A DNA stretch of 63,179 nucleotides, counting the filler, from Lenisia limosa (lineage: Eukaryota > Protista > Breviatea): the NCBI GenBank assembly GCA_001655205.1. It is 17 parts of 17 records of this genome, joined end to end, with 100 filler letters (N's around TTAATTAATTAA, not from the genome) between each part and the next. Parts side by side here need not be neighbours in the genome. Positions count along the whole stretch, not along the records: positions 39,339 to 43,748 come from LPNZ01006335.1; positions 43,849 to 46,147 come from LPNZ01009387.1; positions 46,248 to 48,346 come from LPNZ01011480.1; positions 48,447 to 49,891 come from LPNZ01006119.1; 13 more parts are not named here. The stretch is one strand, 5' to 3'. Of the stretch, positions 39,416 through 49,991 are shown piece after piece. The notes below the pieces were generated by a model. It did no database searches. It had not been told where the DNA came from and saw only the letters and a program-made list of their open reading frames with translations. Both the position numbers and the translations under genes were made by a program. Position 1 is the stretch's first letter. Every line of letters starts with the position of its first letter.

Positions 39416-39502
39416 AAAGTGGGAATGGACTGATTATCAATCAATTCAGCCAAATATTTGACAAACACAAGAGAGATAAAAACAAATACATTTAGTTTCG
39501 AT

Positions 39503-39862
39503 ACAAAGGCAAACAAGGGGTGATTAATGTCAAAAACAACCAAAAGTTGACCACCACCCCTTGATTTTGCCTAAGGTCAAATATCCGTAGTTTGGGGGGG
39601 GGGGGTCACTAAGCCGATTTTCTCGCCTCTGTGAGGTCTAAATTTTCTAAACACAACACCAAACACCGTCTAACAACATTTAAAACTGTCTAAGAGACAT
39701 TTAATTTGAGCATTGTTGAATCAAAGGCAAACAAGGGGTGATTCATGTTAAAAACAACCAAAAGTTGACACACCACCTCAAGATTTTGGCCAAGGTAAAA
39801 TCCTCAGTTTTAAGGTCACGAAGCCGAGGTACTCGCCTCTGCGAGGTCTAGATTTCCCAAAA
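39503..39862. repeat. Imperfect ~219-bp tandem duplication
   Basis: CAAAGGCAAACAAGGGGTGATT.ATGT.AAAAACAACCAAAAGTTGAC at 39503 and 39723, with similar downstream sequence. Confidence 0.75.
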
Positions 39863-40128
39863 ACAACGCCAAACACCCACCCTCTCTTGCATCTCCATCT
39901 CCGGAGGCCATGGCAATTGCGGCGGCGACAGCAGATTCCTGGCCCGTGGTCTACAGTGTAACTAATGTAAGGGCATGTCTTCGTCCATTTGGAAGTTCTT
40001 TAAACCATGCTCAGACACATTCGAAAGATAAGCAAACCCATGTAGTAGAATATAAATATGATGGGGATTCAGCCAACTGGTACGGGGGCGGATTCGGGGG
40101 CCGACACTCCGACGACTGTAAGTGCCAC

Positions 40129-40222
40129 GTCACAACAATCACTAAGTATGTCACAACAATCACTAAGTATGTCACAACAATCACTAAGTATGTCACAACA
40201 GTCACTAAGTATGTCACAACAA
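40129..40222. repeat. 21-bp minisatellite (~4.5 copies)
   Basis: GTCACAACAATCACTAAGTAT repeated. Confidence 0.95.
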
Positions 40223-40444
40223 TCAAAACAACTAAAACATATTCAAAGCCCCCCCCCCCCCCNNNNNNNNNNNNNNNNNNNNNNNNNNNNNNNNNNNNNN
40301 NNNNNNNNNNNNNNNNNNNNNNNNNNNNNNNNNNNNNNNNNNNNNNCTCAGCGGCTTCTTGACCAGGTCAGACTCCGAGATGAGTGCTCTAAACTAGTGA
40401 GTCTCAAGGAAGTGGCCATGTCACGCGTTAAGTTCATGCATATA

Positions 40445-40522
40445 CAGTGACCGTGTTAAGTCTTGACCTATTTTGCCTGGGAAATCACATAGCAAATCGG
40501 GCAAGACATATCCTGGTCACTG
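40445..40522. mobile_element. MITE-B, full length
   Basis: TA-CAGTGACCGTGTTAAGTCTTGACC ... GGCAAGACATATCCTGGTCACTG-CA. Confidence 0.85.
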
Positions 40523-40714
40523 CATGTCTTTTTTATGAGGAGTTAACCCCCCACTTTCCAAGGGTAATAAGTCCGTGCATGGGTGCGTCATTTGCCGCCT
40601 TCACCAAATTGGTCTTGGCAACCTGGGGGGGGGGGGNNNNNNNNNNNNNNNNNNNNNNNNNNNNNNNNNNNNNNNNNNNNNNNNNNACATAACAAAGTTA
40701 TCATTTACTGTAAC

Positions 40715-40769
40715 TAGGGCTTCACTTCGGTTCAAACAGTTACTTAATTTCTCGAGAAGTGAAGCCCTA
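40715..40769. mobile_element. MITE-A, internally deleted 55-bp copy
   Basis: TAGGGCTTCACTT ... AAGTGAAGCCCTA; TSD ACTGTAAC / ACTGTACA. Confidence 0.85.
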
Positions 40770-41111
40770 ACTGTACAGTACTAGAAGGGACAATCCCCAT
40801 CCGTCCCCCTCCCCTACGTCATGTTGAGCATTCAACGCTTCGGTAATTGAATCCAAAAGCACGGCTTCGGCAGGCTGTGGGAGGGGGGGGGGTAAAGCGA
40901 AGGAAAATTTGATGAAATATTACCGGAAAGGTACTAATCACGANNNNNNNNNNNNNNNNNNNNNNNNNNNNNNNNNNNNNNNNNNNNNNNNNNNNNNNNN
41001 NNNNNNNNNNNNNNNNNNNNNNNNNNNNNNNNNNNNNNNNNNNNNNNNNNNNNNNNNNNNNNNNNNNNNNNNNNNNNNNNNNNNNNNNNNNNNNNNNNNN
41101 NNNNNNNNNNN

Positions 41112-41250
41112 NGTAAAATTGGAAAATTTATGAAACAAAAAGCCCAAAATCAACTCTGTTGCAACACACGAGGATTGATAACAACAATACAAAAAAAGCC
41201 TAGGCCAGTCGCTTCTGCAGCACCGAATCCCATAACTCCAGCGTAGTAAA
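41112..41250 (-). repeat. Repeat family C, near-complete copy, reverse orientation
   Basis: GTAAAATTGGAAAATTTATGAAAC ... AAGCCCAAAATCAACTCTGTTG ... GGCCAGTCGCTTCTGCAGCACC. Confidence 0.85.
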
Positions 41251-41346
41251 CAGGAAAAACGGGAGATACAATTCCGTGAGGGCATTTCCATAGGCAGTGG
41301 CTGTGTATTGAGGGTGTTCATGATTAAGACTGCTAAGCCCGCTCAC

Positions 41347-43651
41347 CTCTGTGATTTGCATTTTGCCCTCAGTGAAGCCCTTGGAAAGGTCCTTCGCGTC
41401 CACTAGGACCAGAGGCCTCTGCATCTCATGCACATATACCCTGAATACTGTGAGAACTCCTTTTACAGTATCGCATGTAGAAGAACGTGGGAATAACTTG
41501 AAAGTGACCGACCCCCTCAAATGAACTGTCGTAAAACTAGTGCCAATTTATTTTTAGAGGAAACTAATTGACAAAATTTGAAATTTAAGCGTCTGAAATA
41601 GAGTTCTCGTTAATGTCCAACTTCAAATTTTGTCAATTTCCTCTCCTACCTTCCCTCTTGGGCTTTTATGCTCCTAGTTTCAAATCGAAACTGTACTGCA
41701 AAAAAACTCGTACCACCTCCCCTCATATCAGCCGTACTCAGTCTCCTATAAAAAAACCCTCTCCCACTTGGATCTTTTGATCCTGATTTCAAATAGAAAC
41801 TTGACAGAAAAAAACAAACACATCAGTAGGGCTTCCTTCGTCGAAAAAAACCGGTAAATTATAGATAGTTTTCGAGGATTTATCGAGAAATTCAGTCTTT
41901 TTTTGAACTGAAGTGAAGCCCTTCCCCTCACCTGAAGATGAGGCTGAGGACGGCGATGCCGGAGTCGCTCTCTCGGAGCACGGGGGAGTTCACCAAATTG
42001 AGAGCCCAGTTGGAGAGGCGAATAACCTGAATGTGTAAGTCTTTTGCCTGTTCCATATTATTTGATATAATAGAAAGTCTTTACAAAATATGTATATTCA
42101 TATCAAATGGACCAGAAGGGTTAGTATTGAAAAAAGCACCAAGTAAAATGGACAAGAAGGGGTTAGCATTGAAAAAATGACAAATGGTCACTCTTACTGT
42201 TCTAAGAAAATGTATATAACATAAAAGCAGCAGGTCCGACGGGGGACTTACCTCGTCCATGTTCTCGAGGCCTGGCAAGGGGCGGGGGAAGTGACCAAGT
42301 ACCTAAAAAGGAATTATGGACAAAGGAGAAGAGGAATAATGAACAGAGGAGAGGAGATTCGTTTCAAAGAGGACTACTCCTACCCATCCCCACCCCCAAC
42401 ACACCGACACACACGCAGTAACAAGAAACCCTCGCACCCCTATTATTGGCTTCACCAGTTCAAAAAAAATGCCTGAATTTCTCGATAAATCCTCGAAAAA
42501 TATCAATATTTTACTGGGTTTTTTCAAATCGAAGTGAAGCCCAAGATATCATATGCCTCAAAACTCCTTACATGCACACCCCCCCTAACAGTGGTGGCGA
42601 GAGTTCTGTTGCGATCCCAGGGGCTCCAGAGGCAGCGAACCAAAGTCCTAGTTGCGTGCGGGGTGAACACCTCGTTANNNNNNNNNNNNNNNNNNNNNNN
42701 NNNNNNNNNNNNNNNNNNNNNNNNNNNNNNNNNNNNNNNNNNNNNNNNNNNNNNNNNNNNNNNNNNNNNNNNNNNNNNNNNNNNNNNNNNNNNNNNNNNN
42801 NNNNNNNNNNNNNNNNNNNNNNNNNNNNNNNNNNNNNNNNNNNNNNCAGCTGTAAGCAACCATTCAGTTAAGATACCAAGGATTATAATGAGTCAAAACT
42901 AGGCACGTACGTCTACAATATGATCAATAGAGTTAGTAATAGGGTTTCACTTCGGTTCGGGAAAGTATCGATAGTTTTCGAAGATTAATGAAATTCATTC
43001 TTTTTTCGAACCGAAGTGAAGCCCTAGTTAGTACCCCCCCCCCCCCNNNNNNNNNNNNNNNNNNNNNNNNNNNNNNNNNNNNNNNNNNNNNNNNNNNNNN
43101 NNNNNNNNNNNNNNNNNNNNNNNNNNTCACGGGGGGAGCAGATCATGGACACCATCTCGAGAACTGAATCAATGAGTGGCATTTGTAGAGATGAATCAAT
43201 GTTAGGCATTTGTAGAGATGAATCAGTTAGGCATTTGTAGAGATGAATCAATGTTAGGCATTTGTAGAGATGAATCAATGTCAGGCATTTGTAAAGATGA
43301 ATCAATGTTAGGCATTTGTAGACATCAGTATAAATGGAAAATATCGCCGAAGCCGTTCAATGTTAGACACAGGCAAAACACAGATTTGACTACTGAGCGT
43401 AATAAAATTGAAAACAATCCGTTCAAAAAATATTGAAGAGGGTTATAGTACTCCCAAGAGTCTCTGTGGAATACTCCCCTATATCATATCCAGACTCCAA
43501 ACGCATCACTCACGTTGCAGCCCGCCCATGACACGCTGGAAAGGAGCGTCAGGGTAGAGATTGGCCATTGCAATGCTGTTGATCTGTGACAGGAAGGCAA
43601 TGGTAACGTTGGCCTGGGCTACAAGCGCTTCAGGAGGGTCTCTCTTGCCGC
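41347..43651 (-). CDS. THADA: THADA / Trm732 (tRNA 2'-O-methylation cofactor, ARM-repeat), internal exons
   Basis: Exons 43651-43514, 43163-gap, 42677-42590, 42302-42252, 42026-41932 and 41440-41347 splice to ...NLYPDAPFQRVMGGLQLLEMV ... LVRCLWSPWDRNRTLATTVLGHFPRPLPGLENMDEVIRLSNWALNLVNSPVLRESDSGIAVLSLIFRVYV. This matches the recalled plant THADA motif DSWDRLRE...HFPTPLPG...WAKxLVxSPRVRESDAGALTLRLIFRKYV. Confidence 0.85.
41555..41648. mobile_element. Putative MITE family F (inverted AATTGACAAAATTTGAA)
   Basis: Inverted repeat around a ~35-bp core; half-copies near 5555, 10135 and 58495. Confidence 0.5.
41827..41923. mobile_element. MITE-A in a THADA intron
   Basis: TIRs present; ends a few bp from the donor at 41930-41931. 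Confidence 0.85.
42445..42544. mobile_element. MITE-A in a THADA intron
   Basis: GGCTTCACCAGTTC ... CGAAGTGAAGCCC. Confidence 0.8.
42940..43026. mobile_element. MITE-A in a THADA intron
   Basis: TIRs present; TSD GTTAGTAA / GTTAGTAC. Confidence 0.92.
43165..43322. repeat. 27-bp intronic minisatellite (~6 copies) abutting a THADA acceptor
   Basis: GGCATTTGTAGAGATGAATCAATGTTA repeated. Confidence 0.95.
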
Positions 43652-43930
43652 CTGTTGCACGTTAATGGTCATGTGAGGGAAGGTAAAGATTGCAGAATGG
43701 AAGTCCGTGATACCAATAACTGGAGTTATATAAATAACTGGGGTTATANNNNNNNNNNNNNNNNNNNNNNNNNNNNNNNNNNNNNNNNNNNNTTAATTAA
43801 TTAANNNNNNNNNNNNNNNNNNNNNNNNNNNNNNNNNNNNNNNNNNNNCTATCAGTCCAATTGAGGTGAATTCATCACAATGCAGTTTCCGTATGGGGGG
43901 TGGGGGTACATGGGGAGTGTGAGGTGTGGG

Positions 43931-43998
43931 TAGGGCTTCACTTAGGCTCTTTAAATCCTCGAAAACTATCGATACTATTTTTCGAACTGAAGTGGGAT
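43931..43998. mobile_element. MITE-A, internally deleted
   Basis: TAGGGCTTCACTTAGG ... TTCGAACTGAAGTG. Confidence 0.7.
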
Positions 43999-44349
43999 AA
44001 TCTAATTGCCTTCTTGCGTACTCTAACAGTTGTCATTTTGTAGAAACTCTTTCCTCCCGTACATGCTGTGTGTTTCAGTCTGTGAACGTAAGAGGGCCAA
44101 TATGGAGAAATGGCAAACATAATGCATATTATGTTGTATTTCAGAGAGTTAAGGATCGCGAGGCTGATATTTGAGTCGGTTTCAACTGAAATGCTGTTAA
44201 ATGACAATTTCCTCGCTCTCTTGACAGTTTGTATATTTACAAACAACCCATTCTTACAGTACATGCTCAATATTAATCTTACTTTCTTCAAGATTTACCA
44301 GGACTTTTAAAAGGGGAAATCTGGTGTAAAAGCGATATTGACATTTTCA

Positions 44350-46070
44350 GATTGACATTGGGACTGGAATGGTCAGATCTCAGTACTCCAATACGGCAGG
44401 GATCGACAAAGTAGGGGGATACTGGTTTTGAGCTTCCTTCGGCTCAGAAAGATACGTTGTCGTGGAATTTCAGATTATCCCGTTTGTGATTAGTACCTTC
44501 AAAAAAATTAACAATATTCCTTGTTTCTTTGTTTTTTTGAAGCCATTGTAAAGCCTAATATCTTGCATTAGCGTTATAAATAAGATATGACAGGGAGTGG
44601 CTGATACTTGATAGTGCCAGAACAATGACATGCTAACATCCTAGAACGGCAAGTGCATGTTCTGGATGAACACGGGCGAAACCTACCCTTGTGGTGACGG
44701 ATGTGCAAACTCCTATACTGTCATCGAGTCAGCCCTTAGCTCTTTTGGCGCTGCAACGACGGTCTCGTCTTCCATTGTACGCAGCTGGCTTTTTTTTTGT
44801 TTTTGTTCTTGTTTTATTTTGTTACTTTTTGTTCACTTAATTTCTCTATGATAATGCTAAGGTACTTTGTAATAATGACCAACGCATACACATTTTTCCG
44901 GTCTGTATTGTTCCGGGAATGTTACGCAAGTACACTCTCCAATCATGGTGACTGTTTCTATTTTGTAACTATATTAGATGTGTTTTTTATCTTGTTTCTT
45001 ATTGACTATTTGACATTTTGTTCTGATTTTTGTTTCTCAGATTTTTCGGATTTTTTTTTCACATTTTAGATGTTCTCCAGTGACGAGGAAGTAACAGTGA
45101 GCTGGACAACCAAATGCTATAATTATTGGAAGTAATATTTACTAGTGATGTGAACGGCTTCGGTTAGTAACAACCTTATTGTATTTTTCATCTCATATGA
45201 TGATATGGAGTATCCCTCCAATTCCCTCCTTTCCCTCTACCATTACNNNNNNNNNNNNNNNNNNNNNNNNNNNNNNNNNNNNNNNNNNNNNNNNNNNNNN
45301 NNNNNNNNNNNNNNNNNNNNNNNNNNNNNNNNNNNNNNNNNNNNNNNNNNNNCAAGGCAATTTCGGGTGAGTGGGGTTGAAATAAGGCTTCCCTAGGTCA
45401 AAAAAGCCCGTTTACATCTCGATATTTATCGAGGTTTTATCACTAAATTCGGTCTTTTTGGGACCGTAGCGAACCCCTAGAAGTAATTAAATAGAACTCT
45501 GAGCTTTTCACCCTTAAGCTCGAAATTAGCAGTATATTTACAAAGTATCAGTAGCTTCCCTTGAACTATGGGAAATAGCTACTTATCTACGGAAATAACA
45601 CATAACCAACGAAAAAGTGCTTTCTGATTTCAACCAATTATCCCTTTCATCATCCATGTAGCTCAACATTTGTTGCTGGGGTTGACAACCTGCTTGGAGT
45701 AAACTACACATACGCCCACGAAACATCTGCCGGTTATCTGCCGACTGACTTACCCGGCCCGGTCTGCTGTAATTCCCAGTCAATTACGGTTGAAGGAGGG
45801 TTGGTTGGGGGTAAGCAATGTGTTTCCTAACTAGGGCTTCACTTTGGTTCAATAAAAGACTGAATTTCTCGATAAATCTTCGAAATTTTTGATATTTTAC
45901 CAGTATTTTTTTGAACCGAAGTGAAGCTCTCATCCTAACCTCCTCTCAAACCTCAGCGTTAAAGCACCATTCGGTGACTGCGTCAATAAAATTTCTGACC
46001 CCACGCCGACCTATCCAAATGCAAGAATGACACATCTTCACATAACCAAAGAGGCGCTTCACAGCATGGT
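44350..46070 (+). CDS. Putative multi-exon hypothetical protein with Cys-containing exons
   Basis: GT-AG-bounded open exons, e.g. NGKCMFWMNTGETYPCGDGCANSY, VDNLLGVNYTYAHETSAGYLPTDLPGPVCCNS and VKAPFGDCVNKISDPTP. No family recognised. Confidence 0.4.
45383..45479. mobile_element. MITE-A, diverged subfamily (similar to the 6442 copy)
   Basis: TAAGGCTTCCCTAGGTC ... GGGACCGTAGCGAACCCCTA. Confidence 0.65.
45832..45931. mobile_element. MITE-A, full length
   Basis: TIRs present; TSD TTCCTAAC / ATCCTAAC. Confidence 0.92.
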
Positions 46071-46814
46071 AGGATGCGGTGTTGGCAGTAATTGAATTAT
46101 AACTGAATCAAGGGATGCAAATCAAGTCATCACATTTAATACCCCCCNNNNNNNNNNNNNNNNNNNNNNNNNNNNNNNNNNNNNNNNNNNNTTAATTAAT
46201 TAANNNNNNNNNNNNNNNNNNNNNNNNNNNNNNNNNNNNNNNNNNNNGGTATGATGTGTGTGTAGTGGTGTCTACGCAACTATGACTTGAATTTCGGAAT
46301 TGACACAGTGTCGATTTTGGCTTCTTTTTTGTTTCATAGCTATTTTCAAATTTTGCTTGCCTTCTTACATTAAAGCATCATCATCCTTCTATCCTACTCA
46401 CTTTCAATGCAACATTCCACCCCCCTCCCTATCGATTGGCCTGGGCTTTTTTTTGTTGTTATCAACCATGGTGTTTTNNNNNNNNNNNNNNNNNNNNNNN
46501 NNNNNNNNNNNNNNNNNNNNNNNNNNNNNNNNNNNNNNNNNNNNNNNNNNNNNNNNNNNNNNNNNNNNNNNNNNNNNNNNNNNNNNNNNNNNNNNNNNNN
46601 NNNNNNNNNNNNNNNNNNNNNNNNNNTCAAATTTATCAGCAAGTATTCAAGCTGAAATGGCAAAGAATATGTGGGCACTTTCGTCTATGCGAATCCACGC
46701 CAGGAAAATGGTCTGTTAATGGGTTTATTTTGGTGATGGGGATCTGTTTGGATTTGAAAGCAAAACCATATCATATCATTACTATATTATATTAGTATTA
46801 TATATTTAATAATG

Positions 46815-46920
46815 CTTAGAGTTGTAAGGCAATGATTGGGTGAATGAACATAATCATCATCTTACATCTCTCTGGGAATCATGATGGACGGCTTTGGCCA
46901 GATATATCGTTGTTTTATTT
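46815..46920 (+). repeat. Repeat family D
   Basis: AGAGTTGTAAGGCAATGATTGGGTGAAT ... GGACGGCTTTGGCCAGATA. Confidence 0.75.
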
Positions 46921-47154
46921 ACCATTGCTACTGGATAGTATACTATTCACACTGGTATTATAATTACCCGTGGTACATACTGACTGATTTTAACTATTTA
47001 GGTGCCTTCAGGGCCAGAACAGGTGCATATTTTGCAGTTGGGGGGGGGGGGGNNNNNNNNNNNNNNNNNNNNNNNNNNNNNNNNNNNNNNNNNNNNNNNN
47101 NNNNNNNNNNNNNNNNNNNNNNNNNNNNNNNNNNNNNNNNNACCCTTGGTGTAC

Positions 47155-47278
47155 CCCAGGTATGTGTTTTTATAAAGAGAGCTTTGTTTTGTTATTATCA
47201 ACCCTTGTGTGCTGTCAGCCAACAGAGTTGATTTGGGGCTTTTTTTGTTTCATATTTTTTCCAATTTTCCCACCCCCG
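47155..47278 (+). repeat. Repeat family C
   Basis: TTATCAACCCTTGTGTGCTGTCAGCCAACAGAGTTGATTTGGGGC ... CCAATTTT.CCACCCCC. Confidence 0.8.
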
Positions 47279-47605
47279 TAATTTGCTTCATAATCGTTAT
47301 TACATAGGCTGTTGCGAGTAACGCTACCGCCCGGCTTTTCTTCAAAACCGAGACTGCCACCTCCATCACATCCAAGACGCTTTTGCCGACTACTTTGTCA
47401 ACTGTTGGGGGGGGGGGGTTAGNNNNNNNNNNNNNNNNNNNNNNNNNNNNNNNNNNNNNNNNNNNNNNNNNNNNNNNNNNNNNNNNNNNNNNNNNNNNNN
47501 NNNNNNNNNNNNNNNNNNNNNNNNNNNNNNNNNNNNNNNNNNNNNNNNNNNNNNNNNNNNNNNNNNNNNNNNNNNNNNNNNNNNNNNNNNNATACTAACT
47601 AAATA

Positions 47606-47681
47606 TAGTGACCAGGATAAGTCTTGACCGATTTGCTATGAGATTTGCCAAGGATAATCGGTCAAGACTTTTCGGTCACTA
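47606..47681. mobile_element. MITE-B, TA on both flanks
   Basis: TA-TAGTGACCAGGATAAGTCTTGACCGATT ... AATCGGTCAAGACTTTTCGGTCACTA-TA. Confidence 0.88.
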
Positions 47682-47939
47682 TATGTATTTCAAGTATTAA
47701 TCACAGTGGATTTTTTTTTTTTTTTGTTTCATAATTTTCCAATTTTACATCCCCAACACTGCCATGCCGATNNNNNNNNNNNNNNNNNNNNNNNNNNNNN
47801 NNNNNNNNNNNNNNNNNNNNNNNNNNNNNNNNNNNNNNNNNNNNNNNNNNNNNNNNNNNNNNNNNNNNNNNNNNNNNNNNNNNNNNNNNNNNNNNNNNNN
47901 NNNNNNNNNNNNNNNNNNNNNNNNNNNNNNNNNNNNNNN

Positions 47940-47996
47940 ATAGTTTTCCTGGATTTATCGAGAAATTCAGTCTTTTTTCAAACCGAAGTGAAGCGA
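47940..47996. mobile_element. MITE-A, right half (left half is in a gap)
   Basis: TTATCGAGAAATTCAGTCTTTTTTCAAACCGAAGTGAAGC. Confidence 0.75.
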
Positions 47997-48052
47997 TATT
48001 GTATTAATATTGAAGTACTATTAAAATGATATTATATGATATTGTCTATGAT

Positions 48053-48141
48053 TACGGCTTCACTTCGGTTCTGTAAAATATCGATAGTTTTCGAGGATTT
48101 ATTGAGAAATTCAGTCTTTTTTTCAACCGAATTGAAGCCTA
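48053..48141. mobile_element. MITE-A
   Basis: TIRs present; TSD TCTATGAT / ACTATGTT. Confidence 0.85.
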
Positions 48142-48602
48142 ACTATGTTGATGCATAAGTGTGATATGTGAAATGGGGTGGATTGAAGGGGATATTGTAT
48201 AATCATAATATCATTACATCAATAATCTTCATCAACATTTATTTTACTCCCAACAGTACCTGCGAGTGACTGAAGGAATCACCGAAAGATATCAGTTTTT
48301 CGACTGGCCGAAAACGTTCGCAAATGTTCCCCTGGGATTCTACTGCNNNNNNNNNNNNNNNNNNNNNNNNNNNNNNNNNNNNNNNNNNNNTTAATTAATT
48401 AANNNNNNNNNNNNNNNNNNNNNNNNNNNNNNNNNNNNNNNNNNNNACATTTCAGAAATTTCAACCAACTGCGTAATAAATTGCATTTCTGCAATAAGGG
48501 CCTCACTCCGAAACAGAAAACAACGCGACTTTTTGCACAGTTTTTTGGTAATAAATGAAATACTATAATATCTATATAGCTATCATAAAAGCGTGTTTTG
48601 TA

Positions 48603-48678
48603 CGGTGACCAGATAACTCTTGACCGATTTTCCTTAGTAAATCAATTTCAAATCGATCAAGACTTATCCCGGGCACGT
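48603..48678. mobile_element. MITE-B, TA on both flanks
   Basis: TA-CGGTGACCAGATAACTCTTGACCGATTT ... TCAAGACTTATCCCGGGCACGT-TA. Confidence 0.8.
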
Positions 48679-49419
48679 TATGTGCGCATTCCTCTATACT
48701 TCGGCGCATCAACTTGGAATTCAATAATTTAGTTTTTAGTTCCAGGTAGTATTTGGGAATCCAATAATTTAGTTTTTAGATTTTCGTAAACATACATGGG
48801 ATTCCCATAGAAATAATGGAAACCCCAACGTTTGGAAATACTGTCAATTCTAGGAGGAATCTATAAATAGTGCACAGATAAGCCAAGCCTACCCTCGACG
48901 AGGCTGCGCGATCGTAGTTCATTGCGGTACTAGAGGCAAGCTTCGTCTGTATCTACAAGCAGGCTGGCAGCAATGGATACTGAAAGAGCTTTAGTCTCTC
49001 AGGGGGATGAAAACGGAGGAGGAAACAACGGCTCAAAACTACATTGCCAAAGTTTGACCTTTGCTTTTTGCGTCTTTATTCATTCTTCATGCTTTTATCT
49101 CTCAATGTCTCAATGTCCTACTTGCTCTTCCTTCTCTTATTGGGCTAATGAATTCCTTCTGAACTTAAATGCATTAAAAATCTGGGGTTGTAACAACCCA
49201 AGAAATATACTGCAAATTCTCAAATTCTGTTTCATTTAATTTCAAGATAAACTTTCGAAAGGTCGAGAGGTAAGATCACATGAGACATGATGTTATTTTG
49301 TATATTTGATGATTGTTAACATTCTATGTTATAGCTCAACTATACCAAAAAGGGGCAAGTAAACTGAACAAATTGAACAAAGAACCCAAAAATAAATAAC
49401 CCTAGAAAGAACCAATAAA

Positions 49420-49891
49420 TTACTTGCGGGTCAGACGAGCACGACCTTGGCCGGGACGCCTGAGGAAGTAAAATTGGGCAATCGGAAAAAAAAACAGGGG
49501 GGGGGGGAGCATGTGTNNNNNNNNNNNNNNNNNNNNNNNNNNNNNNNNNNNNNNNNNNNNNNNNNNNNNNNNNNNNNNNNNNNNTAATAAGATCTCAAGA
49601 TAAGAAGAACGAAAACCCACTTTGGCTTAGCGAAGCTCTTCTTTTGGTCAACCACGGTGGGGTGAAGGGATTCAGTCACAATCGTTTCATTGATATCATC
49701 CATTGAAGTTCCTTCAATCTGGAGATATTACAATTTGAAAATTTTTGAAACAAAAAAGCCCAAATCAAATAAGTTAGCTGTGGGTTTATGTCAAAAAAAC
49801 CAACCACACAAACTCGCTGAGCATTAAAACATGGTAACCAATCCCTTTGCTTACCTTGCAGTTGATGATGATGCCCATGTCAACCACAGCA
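49420..49891 (-). CDS. TWF: Twinfilin (actin/capping-protein-binding), last three exons
   Basis: Exons 49891-49855, 49718-49621 and 49459-49420 give AVVDMGIIINCKIEGTSMDDINETIVTESLHPTVVDQKKSFAKPKRPGQGRARLTRK*. This matches the recalled twinfilin tail [21 protein letters not shown]...KQSFAKPKGPAGKRG. Confidence 0.85.
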
Positions 49892-49991
49892 NNNNNNNNN
49901 NNNNNNNNNNNNNNNNNNNNNNNNNNNNNNNNNNNTTAATTAATTAANNNNNNNNNNNNNNNNNNNNNNNNNNNNNNNNNNNNNNNNNNNN

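Noticed and set aside
40129-43322. 21-bp and 27-bp arrays (also the 33- and 38-bp arrays) as CRISPR
   Set aside because: Head-to-tail repeats with no unique spacers, no cas genes, and eukaryotic context.
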